From NCBI GenBank assembly GCA_913062975.1, contig CAJXZO010000005.1:4473-68472 (forward strand): a DNA stretch of 64,000 nt, written 5' to 3'. This DNA is from an uncultured Micrococcales bacterium. Lineage in GTDB: Bacteria > Actinomycetota > Actinomycetes > Actinomycetales > Microbacteriaceae. The notes beneath the pieces were generated by a model. That model saw nothing but the letters and a program-made list of their open reading frames with translations. It did no database searches and had not been told where the DNA came from. A program made the position numbers and the translations under genes. This document shows, piece by piece, positions 55,777 to 64,000 of the stretch; positions within the stretch are counted from its first letter, which is position 1, and each line of letters starts with the position of its first letter.

Positions 55777-56554
55777 ATTCTTTCCTTTCATCGACGGCTT
55801 TCACCGCCACCGCAGTCGATCCGTGTGATCGCCTGCGGACATTTTGTTTTTTGGGAAGGGCCTGCGATGAGCCCCTTATGGTTGTCAGGCGTTGCAGGAT
55901 TGCTAAAAATCCATCAACCACCAGCGCGAGAACGGTCACCAGTATTGCCCCACCCAGTATTCGTTCATTGTCATAAAGCCCAATACCACTGGCAATGATT
56001 GCCCCCAGACCACCAAGAGAGATATAGGAGGCAATAACTGTGGTTGCAATCACCTGCAGGGTGGCGGCTCTGATGCCAGCAATTATTAGTGGCAAAGACA
56101 GCGGAATCTCGATGCGCAGAAGAATCTGCATCTCGGTCATGCCAATTGCTCGACCGGAATCAACGGTCTGTGGGTCAACAGACTCAACACCTGCATACCC
56201 GCCAGCCAGAATTGAAGGAATCGCCAGAATCACCAGTGCGATTATTGATGCCACGAATGCCGCCTGGGTGAAGGGAACCGTTGAGCCAACAATTAGGAAT
56301 AACGCCATCAGCAGGCCAAGAGTTGGAAGTGCTCGCATCGCACCTGTAAAACCAATAACAAACTGCCGACCACGTCCGGTGTGACCGATGAAGAGACCAA
56401 GTGGAAGTGCAATCAGTGTTGCAATCAAAACCGAGACAAAGGTGTACCACAAATGCTCAGCAACACGATCTTGGATGGGCAGCGGGCTTACCGACCCCGC
56501 AACATAATTCGCAGGATCCGTAAGCCACCTGAGGGCGTCTAAAAAGAATTGCAT
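55757..56554 (-). CDS. Osmoprotectant ABC transporter permease
   Basis: 265 aa, BPD_transp_1 pattern, with the loop SGRAIGMTEMQILLRIEIPLS. Confidence 0.8.
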   Translation of the reverse strand: MQFFLDALRWLTDPANYVAGSVSPLPIQDRVAEHLWYTFVSVLIATLIALPLGLFIGHTGRGRQFVIGFTGAMRALPTLGLLMALFLIVGSTVPFTQAAFVASIIALVILAIPSILAGGYAGVESVDPQTVDSGRAIGMTEMQILLRIEIPLSLPLIIAGIRAATLQVIATTVIASYISLGGLGAIIASGIGLYDNERILGGAILVTVLALVVDGFLAILQRLTTIRGSSQALPKKQNVRRRSHGSTAVAVKAVDERKEYVQSKK

Positions 56555-56556
56555 TT

Positions 56557-57237
56557 CTAGGCCCCCTTAGAAGAAAGAATTCGTCGCCCATTTGTAATCA
56601 GCGAAGTCCGTTTATTCCAGGGCATCAGCAGTCGACCCAACAGAACCAGCAGAATGTCGAAAACCAGCGCAATTAGGAAGCTTGCCCCAATGCCAATGAG
56701 GATCATTTCAAGGAAGTCGCGCTGTTTACCGTTTGTAAACAGATAGCCCAAGTTTGCTGAGCCAATGATGGCTCCAACTGACACCAAAGCAATGGTGCTG
56801 GCTGAAACCACGCGGAGACCTGCTAGCAGCACTGGCCCCGCAAGAGGAAACTCAACATGCCAGAACCGGTTCCAAGATGAATAACCAATCGCCCTGGATG
56901 CCTCAATTGCATCTGTTGGAACTGCAGCAAAGGCCTCTGCCACCGTGCGAATCAGGATTGCAAGGGCATAAATAGTCAGAGCCACAATAATGTTGCGCTC
57001 ATCGGTGATTCGGGTTCCAAGAATGTAGGGCAAAATCACAAACAGTGGCAGAGAAGGAATCGTGTAAAGAATGCTTCCGCCAGCAATAATCCAAGACCTA
57101 AACAAAAGCCATCGATTGGCAGTCCATCCCAAAACCAGAGCAATCACAAACCCCAGGAAAATCGGGGTGAAACTGAGTGCGGCATGATTGAGTGTCAACT
57201 CCGCGACTAAGTCGAAGTTGTCAAACAGCCAGCTCAT
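56557..57237 (-). CDS. Osmoprotectant ABC transporter permease
   Basis: ORF 56557..57297. The ATG at 57237 (MSWLFDNF...) lies 10 nt after the ATPase stop. Loop EASRAIGYSSWNRFWHVEFPLA. Confidence 0.8.
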   Translation of the reverse strand: MSWLFDNFDLVAELTLNHAALSFTPIFLGFVIALVLGWTANRWLLFRSWIIAGGSILYTIPSLPLFVILPYILGTRITDERNIIVALTIYALAILIRTVAEAFAAVPTDAIEASRAIGYSSWNRFWHVEFPLAGPVLLAGLRVVSASTIALVSVGAIIGSANLGYLFTNGKQRDFLEMILIGIGASFLIALVFDILLVLLGRLLMPWNKRTSLITNGRRILSSKGA

Positions 57238-57247
57238 GCGGCAATCC

Positions 57248-58069
57248 TCACTCGTCAGCTCCGAGAATTCCTGCAGGCCTGCCTTCATCATCCACAATCA
57301 CAGTCACTCCATCTTCACCTTGTTTCAGATGCAGTGTGCGCTTGGCTTTGTCGGCACCAATGAAAGTGGACACAAAATCATCAGCTGGTTTTGAAAGGAT
57401 TTCCTCTGGAGTTCCAACCTGCGCAATCTCACCACCTGATTTCAAGATCACAACCTGGTCGGCGATTGCAAATGCCTCTTCGATGTTGTGAGTCACAAAC
57501 ACCATGGTTTTGTGCAGCTCTCGCTGCAGGCGGTTAATTTCCTCTTGCAGTTCCAGCCTGACGATTGGATCAACTGCACCAAAAGGCTCATCCATCAGCA
57601 TGATGTTGGGATCACTGGCAAGCGCTCTGGCAACACCAACACGTTGCTGCTGCCCACCGGATAGCTGGTCGGGATAGCGATCTGCCAATGACCGATCCAA
57701 TCCAACAGTGTCAAGCAAGGTGAGCGCATCTTCATGCGCTTTTTTCTTTGGGACTCCGTTCAGCCTTGGCACCGAGGAGACGTTGTCAATGATTCGGCGG
57801 TGGGGTAATAGCCCTGTGGCCTGCAGCACGTAGCCTATTTTTCGACGCAGTGCGACTGGGTCTAGCTCAGCAACATCTTCACCGTCAATTAGAACCCTGC
57901 CGCTGGTTGGGTTCACCATCCGGTTAATCACCCGAAGAAGTGTTGTCTTTCCAGCTCCAGAGGAACCCACGAATACTGTTACTTTTCTGGAAGGGACCAC
58001 CAATGAAAAATCTTTAACCGCAAAGGTGCCATCGGGGAAGCGTTTTGTCACGTCTTGAAATTCGATCAT
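57248..58069 (-). CDS. Osmoprotectant ABC transporter ATP-binding protein without a CBS tail (OsmV/YehX-like)
   Basis: Walker A GSSGAGKTT, signature LSGGQQQR, Walker B MLMDEP. The tail after the NBD is short. Confidence 0.85.
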   Translation of the reverse strand: MIEFQDVTKRFPDGTFAVKDFSLVVPSRKVTVFVGSSGAGKTTLLRVINRMVNPTSGRVLIDGEDVAELDPVALRRKIGYVLQATGLLPHRRIIDNVSSVPRLNGVPKKKAHEDALTLLDTVGLDRSLADRYPDQLSGGQQQRVGVARALASDPNIMLMDEPFGAVDPIVRLELQEEINRLQRELHKTMVFVTHNIEEAFAIADQVVILKSGGEIAQVGTPEEILSKPADDFVSTFIGADKAKRTLHLKQGEDGVTVIVDDEGRPAGILGADE

Positions 58070-58339
58070 GTCAGCTCCCGCTCTCCTGGCTAGTCTGGCA
58101 AATCGGTTTGATTAACGAAAGATAAAGGGTTAAGTCTAGCAGGAATGCCCGTAAAACAGGCTTTCTGGCAGGAAATCCTGAGCCTCAGAATCTACAGGCA
58201 TTACTTCGTGAGAGATCTCCATACAGCCCCCGAATTAGATGATTTCTGAGCACTTGGCCAGCCCCAGAACTTTGAGGGGATTCATTTTTGAAATACTTAA
58301 TTGTTATAAGCCCCCTAAACGCCTAGGCTTAGTCTTCGA

Positions 58340-59524
58340 ATGAGAAAACCAGTCAAGTTTCTTGCCAAGTGGTTGTTAGCTCCCGTCACCTTGGTGTTTA
58401 TTGCTGTGTTCGTGTTTCTCATGTTTATTCGTTATCCAGATCCAGTTAGTGCTTATCAATTGGCAACCGCCCCTCCTTCTGAGCAGCCAAATGTATTTCA
58501 AAAAAGTTCAATACCCGCAAGCTCTGAACCATATATTTTTGAAAAAAGCTCCATCCCAGAAACTCTGCCAACAACAATCAATCACGAGGGTCAGCAGGTG
58601 AACACCCAGCAACTACTTGCCGACACCGGAACCCATGCCCTGGTGGTTATGAGGGGCGGGGTGATCACTCATGAGTTTTATAGCGATAACTGGGATCAGT
58701 CCAGAGTTCAAAACACCATGAGCATGGGAAAGACCATGCTCTCCATTGCTGTTGGACAACTGATTGATCAGGGTTTGGTGAGAGAAGACGACCCGATCAC
58801 CGATCACTTGCCACAGTTCAGGGACAACCCCGGCATGGAAGATGTAACAATCAAGCATCTTCTGGACATGCAGTCCTGCATCGACATTCCTGAAGATTAT
58901 CCGCCGGGACCAGAGGGTTGGTTCACACCAGTTGCTCAATTGTTTGCAACGACAGATGTTGAATATGTTTTGGAGCAGAGCATCTCTTTTGCCTGCCAGC
59001 CAGGGGATGAGGAGTATGAATACCGCTCTGCAAATTCACAGATTCTGGGCATGATTTTCAAAAACGTCACTGGACAATCACTGAGTGAATTCTTTGCTGA
59101 AAACGTTTGGGATCGAATTGGAGCAAACTATGAAGCCTCCTGGGCGATTGATGCGAATGATTACGAGAAATCATTCTGCTGCTTCAATGCAACAGCCAGG
59201 GATCTAGCCCTTGCTGGGAGCTTGTTTTTGAATGTTGGCAAGGTGGCCTATGGGCCCAATGAGGGCCATCAGGTGATGAGTGAGAACTGGTTTGGTCGAA
59301 TGACCACACCAGCTGGTGTTTGGTTCGGTGGCTATGGAAGTGATGACTTTGGTGCGGGGATGTGGCATAAACCAAAAGAGCAGTTGGTGAGTCAGGGCTA
59401 TAGAGGTCAGTTCATTTGGATAAACCCCTATACCGAAACGGTGATTGTGAAGCTCAGCGACGATTACAGCGATTACTATGATGAAACGGTTTCAATGCTG
59501 GACCAAATCAGCTTTGGTAACTGA
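58340..59524 (+). CDS. Membrane-anchored serine hydrolase (beta-lactamase/transpeptidase-like family)
   Basis: N-terminal TM segment, SxxK motif SMGK followed by TMLSIAVGQLIDQG, and an overall class-C-related fold pattern. Confidence 0.7.
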   Translation: MRKPVKFLAKWLLAPVTLVFIAVFVFLMFIRYPDPVSAYQLATAPPSEQPNVFQKSSIPASSEPYIFEKSSIPETLPTTINHEGQQVNTQQLLADTGTHALVVMRGGVITHEFYSDNWDQSRVQNTMSMGKTMLSIAVGQLIDQGLVREDDPITDHLPQFRDNPGMEDVTIKHLLDMQSCIDIPEDYPPGPEGWFTPVAQLFATTDVEYVLEQSISFACQPGDEEYEYRSANSQILGMIFKNVTGQSLSEFFAENVWDRIGANYEASWAIDANDYEKSFCCFNATARDLALAGSLFLNVGKVAYGPNEGHQVMSENWFGRMTTPAGVWFGGYGSDDFGAGMWHKPKEQLVSQGYRGQFIWINPYTETVIVKLSDDYSDYYDETVSMLDQISFGN

Positions 59525-59598
59525 AAAACAGAATAGATTTTTTACTGTAAGTTTTTAGAGAGGCGGTCCACGGAGATTGACTTGCTTGAGAGGGTGAC

Positions 59599-60279
59599 GT
59601 GAGCGAAGAGCTTCAAGAGTGGCGCAAGTGTGGGGAGAACATCCGCATTGCGCGCGAGGGTGTGGAAATGAGTGTTCGTGAGCTCGCCCGCCGCGTTGGA
59701 GTTTCCGCAAGCCACATCTCACAGGTCGAAAGAGGCCTCGCCTCATTCAGTGTTCCTGCTCTTTATAACGTCGCCAGCGAACTTGGCATCTCAATGGACA
59801 GTTTGTTTGAAGACCCAAGCCAGCCAAAAAGTCAGTCAAATGCTGAAGATGAGCAAAAAGCTGCCGATGGGCAACTAAGTCTTGATGATGCGGGGATTGT
59901 TCTAAGGAAAGACCGCAGACCATCACTTGATCTAACAAAAGGTCCAACATGGGAGCGACTGACTTCCAGGCCTGAAAATGGCAGTGAGTTTATTGAAGTT
60001 ATTTATGAACCAGGAATTGATGGAGCGAACCCGCCGAGTGATTTAGTTCAGCACACCGGACGTGAATACGGAATCATCATCGAAGGTGAGCTGAGTGTTC
60101 AGGTTGGAATGGGCTTTACGCTTCTGAAACCAGGAGACAGCATCAGCTTTGATTGCTCAATCCCCCACAGGTTCTGGAATGCAACCAGTGCTCCGGTTAG
60201 AGCCATCTGGTTTATTTCAGAGCTAGCTGCCAGCGAGGCTTCGCACCGTCAGGGCAGTGAATATCTCCACGTTTACTGA
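59599..60279 (+). CDS. XRE-family HTH plus cupin transcriptional regulator (paralog-type of 27927..28508)
   Basis: GTG start after GAGAGGG. HTH region MSVRELARRVGVSASHISQVERG, and a cupin tail (GELSVQVGMGFTLLKPGDSISFDCSIPHRFWN). Confidence 0.8.
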   Translation: MSEELQEWRKCGENIRIAREGVEMSVRELARRVGVSASHISQVERGLASFSVPALYNVASELGISMDSLFEDPSQPKSQSNAEDEQKAADGQLSLDDAGIVLRKDRRPSLDLTKGPTWERLTSRPENGSEFIEVIYEPGIDGANPPSDLVQHTGREYGIIIEGELSVQVGMGFTLLKPGDSISFDCSIPHRFWNATSAPVRAIWFISELAASEASHRQGSEYLHVY

Positions 60280-60475
60280 TAACTGTTTGATTACAGTGTT
60301 GTCCTCAGGTGAAATGACAAATTAATTTGATTAAGTCACACAAATTTTACTGTTCACTATGAAATAACAATTTAGTTACATCCTCACACATTTTTCTTTA
60401 GTGTTCTCTCCTGCTTTACACTAACTACTGACCGAATTCGAGGTTTTTAGGAAGTTAGGCAAAGGAGCCAAGCGC

Positions 60476-61978
60476 ATGGCAGCTGTTGTTGAGGCTAAAA
60501 ACATCACCAAGGCTTTCGGTGGGGTAAAGGCCGTTGATGATGTGTCAGTCTCGGTTGAGGCCGGAGAAATTTTAGCTGTAGTTGGCGAAAACGGGGCGGG
60601 GAAGTCCACGCTCATGAGGATTTTGGCGGGAATCGAAACTCAGGATTCAGGTCAGGTAATTGTGTCTGGCGAGGTCATTCCCAAATCGGACGCAAAAGCT
60701 TCTATCGACGCAGGAATCTCACTCGTGCACCAAGAGCTGTCGCTGGTTCCTGAGATGACAGTTGCTGAGAACATCCTTCTGGGCTCGGCACCGACGACTG
60801 TTGGTATAACCAGAACTCGTCAAATGAAACAAATCGCTCAGGCCGCGTTGGAAGAAATTGGCGTTTCTGTAGATCTGGATGAACGCATCTCCAAGCTTTC
60901 CGTCGCTCTAAGACAATTTGTGGAGATAGCTCGAGCTGTAGCCAGGAAACCCAAAGTTTTGATTTTGGATGAACCGACCGCTTCACTTACTCCAGCCGAA
61001 ACGGACTACCTCCTGTCGATGTTGCAAAGGCTGGCTGATCGAGGAATGTCCATCGTTTACATTTCCCATCGAATCCCAGAGGTGTTTCGCCTATGTGACA
61101 CGGTGACCATTTTGAGAGATGGCAAGCAGATCTCTGTTCTCGACGTTGCCAAGACCACCCCTCAGCAGGTTATTGACCAGATGGTCGGGCGTGAGTTGAA
61201 AAAGGATCTCGAGTCAAAGCGAAGCTCCTCTCCCGGGCACGTGGTTTTGAAAGCTGTTGGCATTCGTGCGGAAGGGGTAAATGACATCAGCCTAGAAGTG
61301 AGGGCTGGCGAAATTATTGGCCTCGGAGGGCTTGTCGGAGCCGGTCGAACAGAGCTAGTTAGGGCAATCATTGGTGCAGACCCGAGGAAACTTGGCAAAG
61401 TGACCCTGACGGTCAATGGCAAAACAAAAGTTATTTCTAGCTTTGAATCAGCTGTCAAAGCAGGTGTTGGATACGTCCCGGAGGAGCGAAGAACAGACGG
61501 GTTGGCTCTAACTATGACAGTGGCAGAGAACATTACCTTGCCCAACCGGAAAGAACTCTCTGCCTCTGGATTCCAACTTGCTCGGAAAATTCGTACATTC
61601 GCCGATGATCTCTCAAAGCGAGTTGGGCTCCGACCTCCAGAAATAGATAGAGAGGCAGGACAGTACAGCGGCGGCAACCAGCAAAAAATCGTCATAGCTA
61701 AATGGCTAGGCCGGAGGCCCGCCCTGATTGTTCTGGATGAACCAACTAGAGGAGTTGACGTCGGAGCGAAAGCAGAGATCCACAGGCTGGTGAAGGAACT
61801 CGCTGACAATGGCACAGCAGTGCTGGTTGTGAGCTCTGATTTGCCCGAGTTGCTCGAGTTAGCCGACACGATTCATGTGGTTCGTGATGGAACTATCACA
61901 GGCACGCTGAGCCAAGAAGAGGCTGACGAAAAACGAGTCATGTCTTTGGCCGCTGGAGAACAGGTGGAAAACGCGTAA
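60476..61978 (+). CDS. CUT2-type sugar ABC transporter ATP-binding protein (duplicated NBDs, RbsA/MglA-like)
   Basis: 500 aa. Walker A GENGAGKST, LILDEPTASL, and a second degenerate NBD (YSGGNQQK, VLDEPTRGVD). AAGGAG upstream. Confidence 0.85.
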   Translation: MAAVVEAKNITKAFGGVKAVDDVSVSVEAGEILAVVGENGAGKSTLMRILAGIETQDSGQVIVSGEVIPKSDAKASIDAGISLVHQELSLVPEMTVAENILLGSAPTTVGITRTRQMKQIAQAALEEIGVSVDLDERISKLSVALRQFVEIARAVARKPKVLILDEPTASLTPAETDYLLSMLQRLADRGMSIVYISHRIPEVFRLCDTVTILRDGKQISVLDVAKTTPQQVIDQMVGRELKKDLESKRSSSPGHVVLKAVGIRAEGVNDISLEVRAGEIIGLGGLVGAGRTELVRAIIGADPRKLGKVTLTVNGKTKVISSFESAVKAGVGYVPEERRTDGLALTMTVAENITLPNRKELSASGFQLARKIRTFADDLSKRVGLRPPEIDREAGQYSGGNQQKIVIAKWLGRRPALIVLDEPTRGVDVGAKAEIHRLVKELADNGTAVLVVSSDLPELLELADTIHVVRDGTITGTLSQEEADEKRVMSLAAGEQVENA

Positions 61979-62994
61979 TGGACAAAAAAACAACACTCAC
62001 TCAGCAGATGGCCGTTGCGCAAGAGCCCGAGAAGGCGATTGTTGAGCGCAAAACCGGAGCTCTTTCATGGGTTGCGCAGAATGGAATCTTCATATTTCTA
62101 GCGGTTCTTATTCTTGTTGCATCCTTTGCCGTGAACGGTTTCGCGTCTTTGGAAAACCTCACGAGCATTCTCAATAGAGCGGCGCCAATTGGGATTGTGG
62201 CAGTAGGTATGACCTACGTGGTCATCAGCGGAAACTATCTTGATCTATCCGTGGTGGCACAAGTGGCAACTGCTGGAGTGATTTTCCTAGCAGTCGGAAA
62301 CGAATACGGCCTTTTCGTAGCTGCTCTGGCCGCCTTCGCGGCAAGTCTGGTTTACGGAATAGTGAATGGGGTAGCGGTTGGATATTTCAAGGCAAATGCC
62401 GTAATCGTAACTCTAGCGACGACCTACATAGGCCTGGGTTTACTTCGATTTTTCTCCGGGGGCTCTATTTTCTTTGGAAACCCTGATGGACCGATGGAAC
62501 AATTCGGTCAGGCCAAACTAGGGCCCATACCCGCATCCACATTTGTCTTGCTTGCCATAACAATTGTCCTTTCGATTCTTCTTACCCGAACCAACTTCGG
62601 CTTTCTGGTCAAGTCCTTCGGAGTTAACGAGAAGGCTACGAGACTCGCTGGAGTAAATACTGACAGAGTGATCGTCGGTGCCTTCCTGGTCACTGCATTC
62701 GCTGCCACACTTGCTGGCTTTGTGTTCGCTGCATATTCGAACACAGCAGTTTCAACTATGTCTCAAGGATTCGATTTCAGAGCGCTGGCAGCCATCATCA
62801 TCGGCGGAACAAGCGTATTTGGGGGTAGGGGCAGCGTTCTTCGGACACTCCTCGGGGTGATGTTCGTAAGTGTCCTAAACAACATCCTGGTTCTTGTTGG
62901 CATCTCTTTTGGTTATCAGCAACTCGCTTTGGGAATCATCATTCTGCTTGCGGTGACCCTCGATGTTCTATCTAGAAAGTTGGGCGAAAAATGA
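61978..62994 (+). CDS. CUT2-type ABC transporter permease (RbsC-like)
   Basis: 338 aa, about 10 TM segments, BPD_transp_2 pattern. Its start overlaps the ATPase stop. Confidence 0.8.
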   Translation: MDKKTTLTQQMAVAQEPEKAIVERKTGALSWVAQNGIFIFLAVLILVASFAVNGFASLENLTSILNRAAPIGIVAVGMTYVVISGNYLDLSVVAQVATAGVIFLAVGNEYGLFVAALAAFAASLVYGIVNGVAVGYFKANAVIVTLATTYIGLGLLRFFSGGSIFFGNPDGPMEQFGQAKLGPIPASTFVLLAITIVLSILLTRTNFGFLVKSFGVNEKATRLAGVNTDRVIVGAFLVTAFAATLAGFVFAAYSNTAVSTMSQGFDFRALAAIIIGGTSVFGGRGSVLRTLLGVMFVSVLNNILVLVGISFGYQQLALGIIILLAVTLDVLSRKLGEK

Positions 62995-64000
62995 CAGAGA
63001 CCATTCAGCTAGGCGGTGCCAAGGAGACAGGCTTTTTCCCCCGTCTTAGGACCATCATTGGCAGAAGAACCGAGGGTCGTGGAGTTATCCTGCTGCTGGT
63101 CATTCTGGCAGTCCTAGCCTTCACGCAACCTCTTGTTTTCACAGCTTTACCAGTCACCATAGGCCGTATCGCTTTGATTGGAATAGTCGCACTAGGTCTG
63201 ACAGCGGTAATTCTGATGGGTGAGTTGGATCTAAGTGTTGCAAGCACATTGGCCGCTTCAGGAGTGGTAGTTGCGATAATTCCAGATTTACGAATCGCCA
63301 TCCCTGCAGCTTTGCTAATGGGAATCGTAGTCGGAATCATAAACGCGTTTTTTATCGCCATCGTAGGGATAGCTTCATTCATAGCCTCGCTCGGCATGCT
63401 ATTCGCTTTGAGCGGGCTGGCTTTTGTGCTTTCAAACGAGGTTCCAGTCAGCATTGCAAACCAGGATGCAGGTCTAGCATTCGGACAACCTCTTTTCGGA
63501 CCGGTAACTCCCCGAATCTTACTTTTCTTTTTGGTGTTTATAGCTATTCAGCTTTTTGTCACCAAGGTCAAGGCGGGAAGAGAGTTCTTTGCAGTCGGTG
63601 GCAATCGTCAAGCCGCTTATGATTCCGGAATCCCGGTCAAGCGCCGAATCTTCACCGGCTTTATTATTTCCGGATTCGTTTCTGCACTCGCCGGTGTGAT
63701 TTACACCCTGGAGCTAACAGTTGCAACACCAACAGCGGGTTCAACCGTGCTCCTTGCAAGCTTCGCTGCAGCGATTATTGGCGGTAACTATCTAAAAGGC
63801 GGCAGAGGCTCAATCATTGGAACGCTAATTGGAGCTTCTTCGCTAGGAGTCTTGCAGGTCGCCTTGTTTTTATCAGGGGTGCAGGTGCCGGTCCAAAACA
63901 CCCTGATTGGCGCAATTCTCCTGATAGCAGTCATAACCGACCCAAGTAGTCTTCGTGCAATTTCGGCAAGAGTTCGCGCAACTCTTCCGGATCGAACGAA
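62991..64000 (+). CDS. Second CUT2-type ABC transporter permease; the 3' end runs off the window
   Basis: Not in the ORF track because it has no stop before 64000. The ATG at 62991 overlaps the upstream stop (ATGA). My translation is MTETIQLGGAKETGFFPRLRTIIGRR...GELDLSVAS...REFFAVGGNRQAAYDSGIPVKR..., an RbsC-like pattern. Confidence 0.75.
   Translation, partial: MTETIQLGGAKETGFFPRLRTIIGRRTEGRGVILLLVILAVLAFTQPLVFTALPVTIGRIALIGIVALGLTAVILMGELDLSVASTLAASGVVVAIIPDLRIAIPAALLMGIVVGIINAFFIAIVGIASFIASLGMLFALSGLAFVLSNEVPVSIANQDAGLAFGQPLFGPVTPRILLFFLVFIAIQLFVTKVKAGREFFAVGGNRQAAYDSGIPVKRRIFTGFIISGFVSALAGVIYTLELTVATPTAGSTVLLASFAAAIIGGNYLKGGRGSIIGTLIGASSLGVLQVALFLSGVQVPVQNTLIGAILLIAVITDPSSLRAISARVRATLPDRT

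Noticed and set aside
58070-58339. Possible c-di-AMP (ydaO-type) riboswitch in the leader of the osmoprotectant ABC operon
   Set aside because: I see GAAUC and G-run fragments on the minus-strand RNA. I could not assemble the pseudo-two-fold ydaO architecture by eye, so I am not calling it. The region is kept only as an unexplained non-coding stretch pending a covariance-model scan.
61162-61869. 235-aa minus-strand ORF
   Set aside because: It lies entirely antisense to the well-supported CUT2 ABC ATPase gene (Walker and signature motifs on the plus strand). Its translation is S/P/A/R-rich and low-complexity, typical of a shadow ORF.
63005-63454. 149-aa minus-strand ORF
   Set aside because: It is antisense to the second CUT2 permease gene, which starts at 62991 with an ATGA junction and reads open to the window end.

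Overview
This is a very gene-dense chromosomal segment with no mobile DNA. Most gene junctions are overlaps (ATGA, GTGA, TAATG) or gaps under 30 bp. It appears to come from an actinobacterium whose GC content looks clearly lower than in classical high-GC actinobacteria, by eye and not computed. The taxon call rests on the intact oriC-proximal synteny block ppiA, rhomboid, crgA, trpG, pknB, pknA, pbpA, rodA, pstP, fhaB, fhaA, tRNA-Leu (15.3-26.1 kb). This is the same order as M. tuberculosis Rv0009-Rv0020c/leuT.

Around that block I see the following:
- An SbtA-like permease with a coupled wHTH regulator.
- A beta-oxidation operon (acyl-CoA oxidase-like, fadA, fadB, GNAT) ending 1 nt before tRNA-Pro.
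- Two paralogous osmoprotectant ABC importers: an OpuC-like one with a CBS ATPase, and an OsmU/Yeh-like one without.
- A TetR-controlled ABC-2 exporter with a clear operator.
- A peptide/amino-acid scavenging neighbourhood: DUF885, XRE-cupin regulator, DUF1028, five-gene Dpp-type importer, aspartase, M20D amidohydrolase, M13 peptidase.
- trhO, a thioesterase, a lysophospholipase-like hydrolase, and a tiny GNAT plus a coupled small exported ORF.
- An orphan beta-class DNA methyltransferase.
- A TPP-riboswitch-controlled thiB-thiP importer with no ATPase gene.
- An MFS transporter, a VanY-like peptidase, pheA, a DAG-kinase-like lipid kinase, serS, a Cof-type HAD hydrolase and an LCP protein.
- An exported cytochrome-b5-domain lipoprotein with a (PEPEPT)n repeat.
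- A serine hydrolase and a second XRE-cupin regulator next to a CUT2-type ABC importer.

There are four tRNAs: Pro-CGG, Leu-CAG, Ser-UGA and Ser-GCU. I found no rRNA, CRISPR array, transposase, integrase, prophage or recognisable defence system.

The most system-like unexplained loci are:
- the XRE-cupin/DUF1028/Dpp/aspA/M20D module with three perfect palindromes in its divergent control region;
- the orphan methyltransferase wedged against the ATPase-less, riboswitch-controlled thiBP operon;
- the exported cytochrome b5 lipoprotein;
- a 270-bp ORF-free region (58070-58339) that is anomalous for this genome.

All product calls come from reading motifs in the supplied translations. No database search was run.
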